A DNA stretch of 64,000 bases from Veleropilina oligotropha (Eukaryota). Positions within the stretch are counted from its first letter, which is position 1, and the number at the start of each line of letters is the position of its first letter. The stretch spans positions 62,001 through 126,000 of the forward strand of contig JBEUKZ010000023.1 of NCBI GenBank assembly GCA_048128005.1, given 5' to 3'. A program made the position numbers and the translations under genes. The notes under the pieces are model-generated. The model made no database searches and was not told the DNA's origin. It saw nothing but the letters and a program-made list of their open reading frames with translations. Below are positions 25,771 to 40,500 of the stretch, one piece after another.

Positions 25771-27757
25771 TATTAATACTAGAAACTTAAAATAAATTAA
25801 TTAGTTTTACGACCACCTTTAAACGATGTTTCAGTCGTATTGTAGTCATGAAGACCGATGTAACATCTCTATCCGATTAGCAGGTCTGATAAAGATGCAG
25901 AATACATATTTAATGTAGTGATTTGCAAAGGAAGAACAAGAGCTCAGACCTTTTCTACAACAAAGTAAAATGGCACCCGGTTGCCCATCTAAACACTGGC
26001 CATTGATCGATGAGATGTGGTCGACGTGCTATGGCCGTTGTCCAACACTAGCCGTGAGAAAATCACAATGAAATCCATGATAACTAACTGCCTTGCTTGA
26101 ACTGTGATCAAGCTTTGATGCTAATTCGGCCAAGGCAAATGAATTTTGACACATCCTTCGTGCTTTCCTCTCAGGATAAAAATGCATGTCAGACTCCAAA
26201 CATGACCAAAGTTCATTTCCAGGACATACTTCAATTAGGAAGTAAAGAATCATTCTCTGAGCAGTGAGGTATTCAGGTGTGCTCATACAAAATATTTATG
26301 AGTTTGCATTAACGTGAACATAAAATACTTTCCGTTCCAATTCTGTTGAGGTTTGGCAATATAGTTTTGTATTCAATGACTAACCTACATATGCTAGCTA
26401 GATGTAGATGGTGGGACACTGGTATCCCTGAGGGATCGAAGGCTGTGGTAGATCTACTGCAACCTGCTCCCTGAATGCCCCCTGTGACAATCAAGTTCAT
26501 TATGTGATCAAGACTACAAGCTGTGTAGTGGAAGCGTAGTAAAATATTTTCAAAACAAATTCTAAAGTAAGTACACAAATTTAACACTCGAAAAAAATGT
26601 TTCTGTTGGGCCAAGGCATGGTAATGGCGTGATCCATTTCTGTATGCAAATTAAGTATCCATGCTACCATTTCGTTTGTTTACATGTTAAAAGGTGAGCC
26701 GCAGAATACTATTAAGAACTTAACCGTAATTGATCCAGCATGTCGTTATCACAATACCTTGATCTACCTGGCTGTCAATACACCCTTGTAAATCCATATG
26801 TAAACACAATGGCATACATGCGTACCACAACTGCAAAATGGTCAACCAGTAGATTGTATTTACCAACCTGTGTCGTCATCTGCATTTGATGGATTTTAAG
26901 AAGAGTTCGATTATATTTTTAATTTATGACCACATTTAAGCAATTATTTTTCAGTTCTGTGCAGTGTCTGTATTCAGAGCCTCGGTATAACGTCTCCCTT
27001 GATTCGAAAGATGAGTAATGTGTTTTTAAGCAATCTTTTCAATAGGTATAAGTGCCAGATGATGCCGTAAAAGCAATCTAGCTCATGCATGTAATAGCAG
27101 TGGTCAGGGGTCATAAATTGTGAAAAAATACTTAAATGGTGTTTTCCATTGAACATACAAATTTCAATTAACAAGGTAAGTTTCATAACGCCGAGTGCAA
27201 TGCAAAAGTATAATCACATGAAAATTCAATGGGACACCAGAGATCCAAAGTGGCTGCTATTGTGTCAAAAACTGCAAAACCGAAGCAATGGCAAGTCTTA
27301 AGATCAAATGTATTTTATGAAGATTTGCCGTGCGAGTGACATTATGGTTGTTGGATGGCAAATTTCTTTTATGACTACCTTATGGCAATTTTTTTTAGCA
27401 CAGTCAGGATACCCGGTTTATGCTAGATTTCCCTCCAATCAGACTGACATGTAGGGTGCATGCCTTCTGTTATTTTAAGCGGTGGAATGTGCCGTCTGTT
27501 GGGCTCGAACTCAGGACCACCTAACAGCCTTGGTCGAGTGTCAGACGAGCTACCAACTCGCCCGTCGAGGACACTTGTTATCACCTGATGATAGGTGTAT
27601 TGATCAATCAATGACTCTCATACACCTTTCCTTTTAATGCTCAGCATTTCAACTACCAAATATAAACACCTACGAAAGCGGCCACAATATTATTATTCCA
27701 GCTTCCGGTTGCTTTCATATTATTAATCTTCGTGTAAAATTAACGTAAACATATTAT

Positions 27758-28764
27758 AACTAGATGTTGTTATTGTCCACAATAACAGGAATGTCTCCCC
27801 TATTTGAATAGAAGTGTAAAAGGAATATCCTGGCAACTTCTAGTCACAATCAGTTTTGCAACTGAAAACAGTTGCGAGTTCATTTTTCATATAAGCAATA
27901 CGTGCATTTAGACAGATCACATGACCTTTAAAATATTGACTTTCAAATATACAATTCAAAGCATCATTTCCTCATACCTCATACACAACCTGCCTATGAG
28001 CTTGACCATGACCATTCAATATGAACAGTAGTTATTTCCCTGTGCCCTGAATGCAAATCGCAATCAAAATTCGGGAAAATTATATTTTTAGCAACAAGTC
28101 ACGTGACCTTTGGCGTACAGACCTGAAAAGCAATCTCTCCTCTCCTCATAAGCAACCTGTGTACCAAATATGAGCATAATCGCTCAAAGGAAATGGTAGT
28201 TATCGTCTGGAAACCAAATCTGAGTCAAAATTCTATTTTTAGTCGCAGATCACATGACCTTTGGCGTACCGACCTGAAAAGCAATCCCAAGGGACCACTC
28301 CTCATAACCAACCCGTGTACCAAATATGAGCATAATCGCTGAAAGGAAACGTTAGTTATCATCTGGAAACCAAATCTGAGTCAAAATTCTATTTTTAGTC
28401 GCAGATCACATGACCTTCGGCATACCGACCTGAAAAGCAATCCCAAGGGACCTCTCCTCATGACCAACCCGTGTACCAAATATGAGCATAATCGCTGAAA
28501 GGAAACGTTAGTTATCGTCTGGAAACCAAATCTGAGTCAAAATTCTATTTTTAGTCGCAGATCACATGACCTTTGGCGTACCGACCTAAAAAGCAATCCA
28601 AAGCGACCTCTCCTCATAAGCAACCTGTGTACCAAATATGAACAAAATCGCTTCAAGGGAACGGTAGTTATCGTCCGGAAACCAAAGTGTGACAGACAGA
28701 CGGACGGACAGACGGACGGACGATACAAAAACAGTATGTCTCCCCACAGGGATGGGGAGACATA
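27758..28764 (+). mobile_element. HINE-like element with ~138-bp tandem core
   Basis: 5' atgtctcccc, 4-5 tandem units, (gaca/gacg)n microsatellite, 3' hairpin atgtctcccca-caggga-tggggagacat. Confidence 0.8.
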
Positions 28765-30166
28765 ATTTGCATATGATGAACAGATCCTACTGATAACAGA
28801 TGGTGATAAAATTAGGATCAACTTGACCCATTTCTGTGCTAGGTGATGTCTTTTACACAATACACAGGATATCTGCTCTCACCAGTACATTCACCTTAGG
28901 CAGTGGCTTAGGTGAAGCCATGCGAACTTCCAAAAGAAATGTACATTCTCAACATCGAAACGCGCTAAACACTAATGCATACAATTTTTATTTGTGAGTA
29001 TTTATACAAAATAACAGCAAAATTTACATCGCACAATTTAATTGCCATGATGATGCAAGCTAACATACCAACAATGTTTTTTATTTCAATTGCCAAATAG
29101 CACCACCTGTTTAAATGTGCGTTCAGCTAACAAACAAACATAGAAAGTTTCACGATTTCAGAGGTCCGTCGCAGTCCTTCTGAAGTTGATATTTATAGAC
29201 TGCGAGTCCACCAGGTGGGACGCGCTTTAACACCTGTTTGCAGACGTATATTTTCTTGGCTGAAATTCTTCTTGATCTTGTATCTGTTCTATTAATATAT
29301 GTTGACTTCAACATGTCAACGGTGTTATGCAAGCAAATTGTTGCGGATAAGTGTTTACACTTACACTGAATCTCATTATGTGGACCTCAGACACTTAATT
29401 GTATAATATTATATTTATAGTATAATAGATTAATCTATATACACTTAATCATAAAAATGTGATATAAAATAAATATAGAACTTATATACTTTTAACTCAG
29501 TGTGACATTCGATAACCATTAAAATATCATTATCTTTCTTTTGCTGTGAATCCCCTTTGATTTGCATTACCACACATCCAGATCATTGATAAGCTTGATT
29601 GAAACCATACGTTAACATTAATTAAACCATTTTTGTGACATCATTCTATCGCCTTGGCCCGTGGTCTAACTGGCCATATTGTCAGTTAGACCACGGGGGA
29701 CTACTTTCTTACACTAAAAATGGGTGTTTTAGGTTATTAAAATCACATATTTTAAATTATTTTACACTTTTGCGATGGTTTAAGTCGGTTATATCTCGCG
29801 CCTCGTTGATTAACTGCACGCTTTTCCGATTAGACAACCAAACCTCGTGGTATAACCTATGCTTTTCCCTACTTGTGATCATGGGAAGGGCAGCCATTTT
29901 CAGGTTACGGGTATATACCAAATGAACTTTTTAGGGCACTTGCACGGATTTACGCAAAGAAAGCGACTCTCACTTATTCTCGATCGAGGCTACACGTACT
30001 GTTTTATAGTGCTAACTCCTTCTTTACGCGCTAGAGTGCCGACTTGTGTTGAGCATTACAAACATTATTCTTGGATGCTGACATCCTTGTTAATCATTGT
30101 TTTAAAACTAACAAATATCGTCAAGACGTCTTCAATGTCATTTTCGACAAAACACGATTGTACAGA

Positions 30167-30491
30167 CAGGGGCATCAGAACTGGTCCGGCACTTGCCGGA
30201 CCAATATTTTGGCCGGTTGCGGATATTTGTCAAGGACGGATCCAGGAGGGAGGGTTCAGGGGGTCCAGTAACAATTTTGATGGTAAAAATATATCGTTTT
30301 GCAATGTCAGATTGCAGAATTTTCGTCTGCGTGGGGCCCCGCCCCCCACACAGATAATGTTAGAATACCCAGTATCTTACTAATATGTATGTAGTATAAT
30401 GAAATGCCGTCGCTGCATAGGAGAGTGGTAGGCCTACCATCCCCTTCATAACATTCGCCGGAGCAATGTAAATTTGCTTCCGATGCCCCTG
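30167..30491. mobile_element. hAT-like MITE
   Basis: TIR caggggcatcagaa / ttccgatgcccctg; TSD not clearly preserved. Confidence 0.5.
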
Positions 30492-31969
30492 ATATATGAG
30501 CCGCTATAAATTCAAATCAGATGCTATATGGCGATTTCCCAATGCTATCTTTTGTTACATGACTGGATATTTTTATGCACTCCCATTGGCTGAGGGTTGA
30601 TAGAGTGACATTAGTAATGACATTATGTTCACGGAGTGTCAGGGCAATATAACGAATCGAATGACTTCAGGTCAATATAAGGATCCTGTTAACTTGCTAC
30701 ATAGCAATATAACAAATCTGGTGACTTTTCCATACAATCAATGGAAAACTTATGGAGTAGGGTTTTCTTAAGTTATATATATATGCCAATACTGACTTTT
30801 TTTACAGCGAATATAATGATGTATCCACTTCGGAATGTGATATTCACCTCGGCTCCACTATGAAATATCAATCTCTTTGGTGAATAATTGATTGTAATCA
30901 CCAGAACAGTCAATAATTCTATAATTTTTATCATTATGCAGTCTTGTTTAATTGCAAATTAACAATGTATCGTTTTCTTTATACCTTCACACACGAGTTA
31001 AATAATTAACATGTCAGTATCTGAAACATTTGCAGACATATACCGATCTATAATGAACAAAACCATTGGTTTAATAAAAGTCAGTTTTACTTTGAACTTT
31101 GAGCATATATATTGTATAGTTATCATAACATCTTTACCACGTGGGAATGTTTACTGCATTGCACTTAATTATTGTCACAAATACCTTTCTGTAGCGGTTT
31201 GGAACTTGTTGCCTGCGGCTTAACCGCCGTCTGACGGAGCCTTGCCGTTGCAGATCCGGTGACAACGGTTTGTCTGTCGTATATCGTTGCGTACCTTCCA
31301 TGTTTTACTATTTGACAGAAATAACAACACAAGTTTTCCTCTAATGTGACTTTGGAATACACATCTGTCATTCACCCAAGCACGGACCTCGCCATTATCG
31401 CCGGAGGGGTGGGCAGGCTATGACAGTGACGATGACACTGTTTACATTATCAAAACAGTCCCGAAGAACCGAATTATAAGCGTCAGTTATTTTGAATTTT
31501 TGCCCTGGACAGTGCATTACATGCACATTAAATAATTGTACGCTCGACTAGTCTTTTTTAATGAATTATAGTGCTAGTAATGATGCATTTTTAATTGAAA
31601 TCAATAAAGCAAATCGATTGCAAAACCTTTTTAAATTTTGTCCGTTTCCAGTATTTCAATAGATGACAATTTTAGTGCAATAAGGCACATGTATCAATAA
31701 ACAGGTTGGGGAAATGCAAAAACAGGCAAATATATGTAAGCATTATTATATAAATGGGTTATTCCATACGCCACGTACAGTAGCATCGTAACATCGCCGT
31801 AAATCATAGAACATAGCCATAACATCGTATCATGGCAATATAATATCGAAGCATCCGGAACTGGATTTGCCTTGAGACAGAAGTTATGTGGAAAACTAAC
31901 CAAGATGTGCCACCGGATCATGACTATGAGAATGTCACTGACATATGTAACTGTTATTATGCTACTTAA

Positions 31970-32470
31970 TTATAAGTTCTCCCGCGAAATCGCGGTAAAA
32001 CACGGTGCTTTGAATACCGAATGAAGTTGAACAACGATCGAGGCGCTAACCGAGTTGTTTAACGTAATAAGGTATTCAAAGCACCATGTTTACCAAGACG
32101 TTGCTCGATAACGTATTTATCTTGCTTTCACAATGCTAAACTTAGTGAACAAACTCTTGACTTGGCGCGTATCACTGTTGTCACTTATATTCATTACCGT
32201 ATTGTAGTCAAAATGGGAGACGACAACTTCAGTAACGCCTACTCAAGTTTTTCGAAGTGAGAACACTGATTGACAGGCGACGTATGACGTCAGCCATGGT
32301 ACAAGCTTCCGTATACCACGTCTGGCTGGGGTTTACGGCAAGTTAGTAAAATGACGTCAGCCAATCAGTAGAGAGGATACTCGGCCAATCAGTAGAGAGG
32401 ATACTCGGCCAATCAGTAGAGAGGATACTCGGCCAATCAGTAGAGAGGATACTCGGCCAAAGCAAGATAA
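31970..32470. mobile_element. Hairpin-plus-TTATC/GATAA element (Crypton-like?) containing 23-bp tandem gccaatcagtagagaggatactc
   Basis: Hairpin ~31995-32095; ttatcttgcttt (~32118) inverted with aaagcaagataa (~32458). Confidence 0.55.
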
Positions 32471-32474
32471 TAGC

Positions 32475-33385
32475 GAGTGTCTACGCGCTAACAATGACAA
32501 ATACCGAGGACACAAAGGATGATTTGTACAGCAGCTTGGCTGATGTGCTACGGGACATGACTCACATGGACAATTTGATAATCTTGGGCGACTCAAATAC
32601 CAAGTAAGGAACAGATTGGAACAATAGTCCCAAGGACATAGCCACGCACATCATGGGTACAACGGAAACACCAACGCAAGACGACATGGATGCACCCCGT
32701 TCCGAACGTGATACGTCAGACTTTCGCAGCACTATGGTCATGTGCGGAGCCAATTGCTGGACTGACCACCGGCCCCGGCGAGCCAATGTTTCTTTCAAGA
32801 TACGTTAAAAGCTAGTATAGAATGGGCAAGGCAAACCGCCTAAGCTGGACGCTATCGGCTACAGGGAGGGAACGTATTGAACAGGAGATGACTTATATGA
32901 GTAACTCGGAGACACCAGCAGACTCAACACTTGATCAGGAGTGGGCGGTCTTACAACGCGTAGCAAACAACTATGTTATAAAGTCTGTCGTTGGAAAGCT
33001 TAAACGAAAACACCAAAACTGGTTTGACCCAAATGATTTGGACTTCCATTGAATCTGATAGAAAGAAGAAACCATGCGCATCAACGACTACTGCAAATGA
33101 GGAGCACAGGATCAACTGTGGCGGCGTACAAGGTTAGAACACCTGCATAATTCTCCAGAAACATATACTAGAGCGTTCATGTCAAAGTGATGGGTTCGAC
33201 AGGCAAGGAATCCACAAGAGGCGGCAGACAGGAACGACATGAAGATGTTTAACAGCGCATAGGCAATTCCCCCCCCCCCCAATTTCAAAAGTGTGGGGGG
33301 GGGAAGTATGAACCAAGTGAATGAACTGCATGCATTCGTGATGACACATTTACGTAGGATCATGAGGATAACTTGGCAAGATAGT
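32475..33385 (+). pseudogene. Decayed, internally deleted RTE-clade LINE
   Basis: Remnant peptides IILGD, MCGANCWTDH (endonuclease), RKHQNWFDPND (linker), HLRRIMRITWQD (post-RT). Confidence 0.65.
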
Positions 33386-33488
33386 TTACAATCGTTTATC
33401 GCAAGGACAATAATTCATTGATGTACGCATCATTCATTCAATGCAACGGCGTCATTGATAAGTAACGTTTAATCAATATTAATAAATA

Positions 33489-34978
33489 CACTCAACAAAA
33501 TTGAAACCTTGACACTTCTTAAATTTGATGTATTTTTTGTTCTAAATCTGCTAGTGTACATAAACTATAAGCAATAAGCAATCTAACACATTGACGAAGA
33601 AAAAGTGTTTTTTAATCAGTGATTTTTCAGACACAGCTAGTTGTTTGAATTGACACACTCAAAATTGAAGTTAACACAAACATGAATTAAAGATTTGAAG
33701 AACGTCAATAGCGATTATGACCACCACGAGCGTCCATTACTGCTGCACATCGTCTTCTCATGGACTGCAGAACACGTCTGAACACTCTAACCGGAAGTCG
33801 GCGCCATTGGTGGATCAGATCCCTGCCAAGTTCCGGAAGTGTCTGTGGCTGTACTCGCTGCGTTCTCAACCTTCTGCCAAGCTCATCCCAGATGTGTTCA
33901 ATGGGGTTGAGATCTGCAGAAAGTGATGGCCATTCCATGACGTCAACATTTGCAGCTTGAAGCAGGTTACGTGTCCTGTTAAAATGTGAGGTCAGGACCA
34001 TGTTGTCTGTAGAAGGGCAACAAAACTGGATCGAGGACCTGATCCCTGTACTGTGCTGCCGTCAGATTTCCTTGGATGACAATCAAGGGTGTTCTGGCGT
34101 TAGCTGTGAATGCTCCCCAAACCATGACACCGTCACCTGCAAACCTGTCAATCTCCCTGACACAAGCTGAGGCATACCGCTCCCTTCTCCTACGCCACAC
34201 CCTAACACGTCCATCAGCAAATCTGAGTGTGAAACGAGACTCGTCACTAAAGATGACTCTGTTCCACTGTCTCTGGGTGAATCCGAGGTGTTCTCGAGCC
34301 CATGCAACCCGCTGACGTCGATGGAGTGGAGTCGATATCGATCTTGTATACGGTCTTCGCGCTCGAAGGCCAGCAGCTCTAAGACGGTTTATGATGGTCT
34401 GGGGTGTCACACGACGTTGAACGAGTTCATTACTGGTTGAAGTTGCCGTCACGAAACGATTTCGAAGGTGACGTAACCGGATTTGTTGGTCTTCATTTGG
34501 TGTCGTAACACGTCGGGCACCTGGGCGTGGGCGGTCTGCTGTGGTTCCAGTTCCTTGGAGACGTGTTCTCAGATTGTGGATCGTCTGTCGACCATCCAAA
34601 TATTCGCGCAAATTCCGCTACAGACTGTCCAGCCCCTAACCTGCCGATGGCGCGCTCCCTGTCCTGACATGACAGACGCGGCATTGATTAATTTCTCAGT
34701 TCAAAAAACTTTCTTTACGTTTTTTGGAAGAAACACTATCGAAACGACAATGACTGTCTCTTTCGGAAGAAATGATGTACAGTAGCAATTTCAGAGCGGA
34801 AATCAACATTTCTTGAAAATTTCGTCCTGCACGTGCATTTCAAGAACAATCTGATCAAGATTCACGATTTTCAAACGGTTGTGTCATGGTCAGCAATGTT
34901 ATATTATTAATTTTCACATTTTAATTTTTTCCGATTTCATCTAAAAAAACCTTGTCAAGTTTTCATTTTGGCTAAGTA
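33489..34978 (-). mobile_element. Tc1-family DNA transposon
   Basis: Imperfect ~26-bp TIRs cactcaacaaaattgaaaccttgaca / tgtcaagttttcattttggctaagta; TA at left flank; transposase inside. Confidence 0.88.
33705..34684 (-). pseudogene. Tc1 (DD34E-type) transposase, frameshifted
   Basis: MPRLSCQDRERAIG HTH, WNRVIFSDESRF, VMVWGAF, WPSLSADLNPIEHIWD; lesion around the second catalytic Asp (~33975). Confidence 0.92.
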
Positions 34979-37309
34979 GATCATGTTAGCAAAAATACAA
35001 AATAAAGATATAAGCCTACAGTGTTGTGGTTGATGTGCGTGTTCATGAATATTTAGACAATATTGAAATAGTATTACGTGCGCATACTGTATATAGTTTA
35101 TACCGGTATTGCCATGAATACCATGAGTTTGATATGTCAACAATGGTTCGAACTCCTACGGTCGATTACTCCATTGTTCCAAGTAATAGCGCAAACAATG
35201 GGATAAACTAGGATCCCTGCTGCGCACTCAGTGTGAACAAAAACATTGACAGGGTGCCAGAGTCAATAATTGAAAAGTCAACTCTCATATCGTGCATATT
35301 CTGTGTATTTAAAGGACTTGTGAACTAATACTCATAACATAGGAGAAATTTGCCAATACGGCATATTCCTATCATATTATTTGTTGTGTTAGTCTTTCAT
35401 GGGTGTCCGCGTTTGTTATAAGCTGACATGGCGAAATAACAATCATGCAGTATCAAGAATAGTCATATTTTGAGGTCAGGGGTCGGATTTGACGTCACAG
35501 ATGGACAGGCCGCTCGGAGTCTTTTCAATTCGATGGCAACATCATTGTCCGTTAATTGGTTACTCAACAGGAACAATAGCACTAGGACTCGTGGGCCATG
35601 CGTGTCGTCACCTAATAAGTTTTCGGGAGATTTCGGGGTGACTTGCTAAGGATCTTCTGTATCCATGTTTTGATAATCTAAATCATGGCACTACCAATAA
35701 CAAACTAAGTAAATATGCGATAACAGTATTATCAGCCATAATCTATTATGTGTTCACAAGTCCTTTAATTGATTACACCTCGACAATTACAATATATTTT
35801 CGATGTATATATCAGATATTATAATATACCGTCACCCTTCCCTGGTATACACATAACGCCCCTCGCTAACGCTTGGCTCGTTATGCGTGATATCAGCTCG
35901 TGGCGCAGTGTATTATTATCTAATACATTCCATTATCCACCACCTCGACACCAGACCCACCGCACTGAATAATGTTAAAGGTCACACAGACGCGTACCAA
36001 TGGTATTCGGTTACGACAAAGTATTTACAAAGTAGCTACTATCTAATCAACGACACTAATTAATCACACAAGAATTCTTTGTGAATCCTTTATCGGCAGT
36101 GTTTACATGTCGTTTAGCCGTAAATGAAACGACAAACTTTGATAAAGTGAAATCTGGGACCACTGTATTCCAAGGTGAAATGAACATCTGACTCGGGATG
36201 TCTATTTAAAAGGGTAGTACCGGTAGCGTCAGATGGGAAAATGTGCTAACCAGTTAAATTCTTTTCATAGATAAAATATATGAATATTGTGCGTATATCA
36301 TTTTACCATATGATCAATTAGGCTAATCATTCATCGGAATTTCTCTAACCAGATAACACTGACCACACTGTCATCGAAAACTTATATATGTAGCCTTATA
36401 TATGAATAAAATGCCACATATTGTAGCATAGCTATATTAACTAGGTTCCATGGCGCCATCGTTTCTATTTTTAAAATCTAATAAAAGAGAAAATAGACGC
36501 GGCACTGGACAATATAATAGAAGATGAACCGCATCGCTACCTAGTCCGGCAGATGGATTCCGCGGCGATGGACCGAAATCGATTTCAAAGCCAGGAGGAA
36601 ATCGGTATCACATGTGATGAATCTCACCGGATATATAATAATGACCGCGAGAAGTGACGTTCCTGTTCGCTAAATCAAGTCTCTTCATATATCATTTCCC
36701 AGAGCTGTTGAAACAGAGAACACAACGATCGATATACAACACGAGACTCTCGAACCTCATTTTAAATTTCCAGATATCTCGTGTTTGGTCACGTTGAGCG
36801 CGATAAGGTCATGAATGATTGTGGTCAACTGCAAATTGATTTCAGTATTAATTTAAATTTACAGATGATCGGGCTCAAAGTCCCTGGGATACTGTGGAAA
36901 TGGTATTTACGAGAAAGATTGGAATGCGATAGACCATTCTGCAAATCGAAACCCTGGTTCGAGGCACAGTAGTCGTGTCAATGAACACTGTTTGTCACAC
37001 TGACAAAGGGCACGGTGGTATAATGCTACCTGCCTTTTTATGGGAAACACGGAACAAAAATAACGTATGAAATTGAACATACAATATTTTGTGGAAATTC
37101 TGGAAAATCTCCATGATGACATTGTCTTGAAGCACCATGGAACGTTATATCTGGATCTATCCATACATTTTTGTGAGAGAAGAACCCTGAATTCAAAATG
37201 AAACTACGTGCCCCGGCCATAGATTTCCTCCTGGACAACACTTCCACGTATAGATATAAAAGTCAATAATTAATCCCATCGTAGCGTTTTGCACCAAACC
37301 AAACCAAAT

Positions 37310-37565
37310 TCATTTTCAATAGTGGGAAATGAATTTTCAATATTGGGAAATGAATTTTCAATATTGGGAAATGAATTTTCAATATTGGAAAAGGACTTTT
37401 CAAAATTGAAATATAGTTCGTATTTGTAAATTTGTAATATTGGAAATTTTATTTTCAATAATTAAAATTCATTTTCTAATATTAGAAATTCAATTTGCAA
37501 TATTGAAAATTGAATTCTCGATATTGGAACTTCATTTACTAACATCGCAAATAAATTCAGTATTA
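37310..37565. repeat. 21-bp tandem repeat (attgggaaatgaattttcaat), degenerating rightwards
   Basis: Direct inspection. Confidence 0.75.
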
Positions 37566-40500
37566 AAATATGAATGACGTTCCATATACGCAGGACATTA
37601 TTGGATTTCCACCTGTTGCGTATGTATTGATAATGCAAATTGCAGCAATGCCACCATGGGCGATAGAGCCTCGAGCGTTAACGAGGGGTGTTATGCCAGT
37701 ATCGCGAAGGGGTGTCGGTGTATTATCATGAAAATATATTGAAAATAGCAAGTTGTATCCCCTTAAATCATGGAATTGCCCAAGATATTGTTCCCAAGGG
37801 ATGATATGAAACAGTGGATTCTTCCATTGAAAGAAATCTGTCACCTTACAAAATCTTTTGTTAACGTCAACTGCTGCGCGACACGAGGTAATATCATTGT
37901 TTGGAATAATGGAGAAACTGTTAATACGCGTCCTATTGATCGCATACCAAACTCATGAAATGCATACGTTGCTAGTCGACGTCGCGGTAGTTAAGAGTAC
38001 ATTGTGTACCGCATCACCCTAAACGACGATTCCCACCATCTTATCATAACGCTTTGTAGCAACAGGCCTAGTGAGAAAAGATCGCATGTTCCATGACGAA
38101 TGCACATGTATCGGATTAGAACGACTCGGATAACTTACGCCACGTCACTCAAGCATAACGTTCCTGTCAATAGCATCTTTGTACAGTGTGTAACATGCGC
38201 GCAAGGAATGTTATACCCACGAACATACGCCACCAGCGACCCTAACCAGCTGCGTAACACGTGCGAGAAATCAACAACTGGCGGGACTTTTCTAAAGGAT
38301 AATCTGTATTAATAATATGCAAGCTGTGAGAGTTTCTTGATATTCCGCCACCTTATAGGTAGAACCCGGATATATGTAGATAAAGCTTGTTTGTTTTTCT
38401 GTATAGTAACACATTTGTTGAAGAATACGCTATCAATTACAGCATAAAATACTCCTTATCAAGCCAATAAGTATTAACCATAATACAGAAATTCACGGAG
38501 CCCATAAAGTAGTGTCACTGTCAGTGAAATAAAAAGTATTATCGCGTTCGCTCGCAAAGTTATTGCGTTCGCTCGCAAAGTTATTGCGTATCCGAGCAAC
38601 GTATTTTATGTCGCTATGTGCTGCATAATTATATTCTAGCAGACAAAAGACGTTGATATAGCCTATAACGTTGACGACAACGGCAATGGCGTTTATCCAT
38701 AGCTATATCGGCAACGTCATTTCCCACCTGTTGGTTAAGGCTTTCCCGCGTAAATGTGAACAGAACATATGTAGTTTCTGCAAGATAATGCATGTTGCTT
38801 TATTTCCAAAAGATAATCTTAAATAAAGGTTTATCTTTTTTCCAGGATGTCTTGATAATATACAGGTAAGAAACCGTCACGAGTTATCTCTCTTTCAGTA
38901 TACGATTGCATAACAACATTTTCTCTCTCGGCACGATTATAAAAGCTACTTTGTGCGTGTTGAAACTTCAAAGCACATGGCATATGGTCTAAATATTCGA
39001 TGTCGTAACATCTGGATTGGTATCGTGGCATCTTAACAAATTGAGAAATAGAGCAGTGAAGCTGGCTCTTACCATTTAGGCGGCATCATTCCATATGGCA
39101 CAAGTAACTGTGCCAAACTCAATTTCGCCAAATCCGCATACTAGTGTTAGTCGATGAAAGCTTCTTGGGATACAAATTTATTGAAAGATGGTATTGTCGT
39201 AGTCTATAGATACCCAGAATTTGTTTATTTTGCATTTTTTAAATAAAATATATCTTCAGTTACTGAATATGCAAATGTCTGTCTTGAGATAAATTGGTAT
39301 TTTATGAGACCTATTCGTTTCAGATAATGGCAGTTGAATACTGTATGGGTTTTATGACAATAAATAACCATTGTTGATCGATTGAATGACAGGACGCAAA
39401 TTGTTCGGTCGCGTTGTCGTCAAAAGGATGCCATCAGTCCACGTGGGATTTTGGTGAATAATCTCTGAATCGTATTAGACGTCTTTGTGTCAATGGCCCA
39501 ATAAGTGCACTAGACAACTTTGAATCGAGATTCGTCGAATTTTGGCGATAAGTAAAGTAGATATCCTTAGAACAATATTGATTCGCGATTGCCTTAACTC
39601 TCCTGGGCAATTACCTTAATCCGAAACCTATTTACGATGACGAGAAAGCCTTCGATGCTATTTTAATACTGAAGAGGTTTATTTGTTTTCAAAAGAACGT
39701 GCCAGTTAATTTCCAGTTCAGTGAAAATAATGTCATCATAGCGATTCGTATACGTGACAGGATCACGGTTTGAAACTTAATCTCCTGTCTGATGTTTGAC
39801 CAAATTTCGAGGATGTAAGATGAATATGTCTTTCAAGCCACCTTGTTGGTTTTCTTTGAACTAATACAGCAATGCCATGGTCACTTTATTTATTTGAGTT
39901 TACTATCCGTTAAATATATAAAGTCATATTGGGATAAGGGTACGTATGCTTTCGTGGGAGGAGAACTCGAAATATCAGCCTCCGTAAGTTAGTGGCACCA
40001 AACTTGGCCAAATGGTTTATATACTTGGTGATTGCGACATTATTCGAATGAAGAACGAATTCATCAAATGGGACTCTTAATAAACACATCAAATATACCA
40101 ACCATGAATATTTTCGCAGCTAATGTTGTGTCAATAAGCAATTATTAATGTATTCCTGTCACAAAGTCAAATGAAAATTTCTTATTTTTATGAAGCGACA
40201 GGAAAATTTAAAAATAACAATGGGTCAAATGAAGAGTTTTCATCATGTGTTTCATCGGATATTCTGAGCTTTTTCCCCATGACAATATATGGCCATGTCC
40301 CAAGATGACCATATATAGTCGTTAAACGGGACAATAAGTCTTTATTACTGTGTGTCTGTTGTTGTCTTCCACAACTTAGTTTTACCAAATCAATACTGAC
40401 AAGGTTATGGCAATGTGTCAAAGTTCAAATTATGAAATTTCTGTGAAGCTGACAATTGACGTTTAAGAAATATGCTGTTTCAAAGTATCGTCAAGTTTGT

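Noticed and set aside
25900..26640. Coding-like minus-strand ORFs (85 and 101 aa)
   Set aside because: No recognisable motif or splice structure; possibly an old TE remnant.
38650..39700. Possible decayed coding region
   Set aside because: Multiple stops and no identifiable family.
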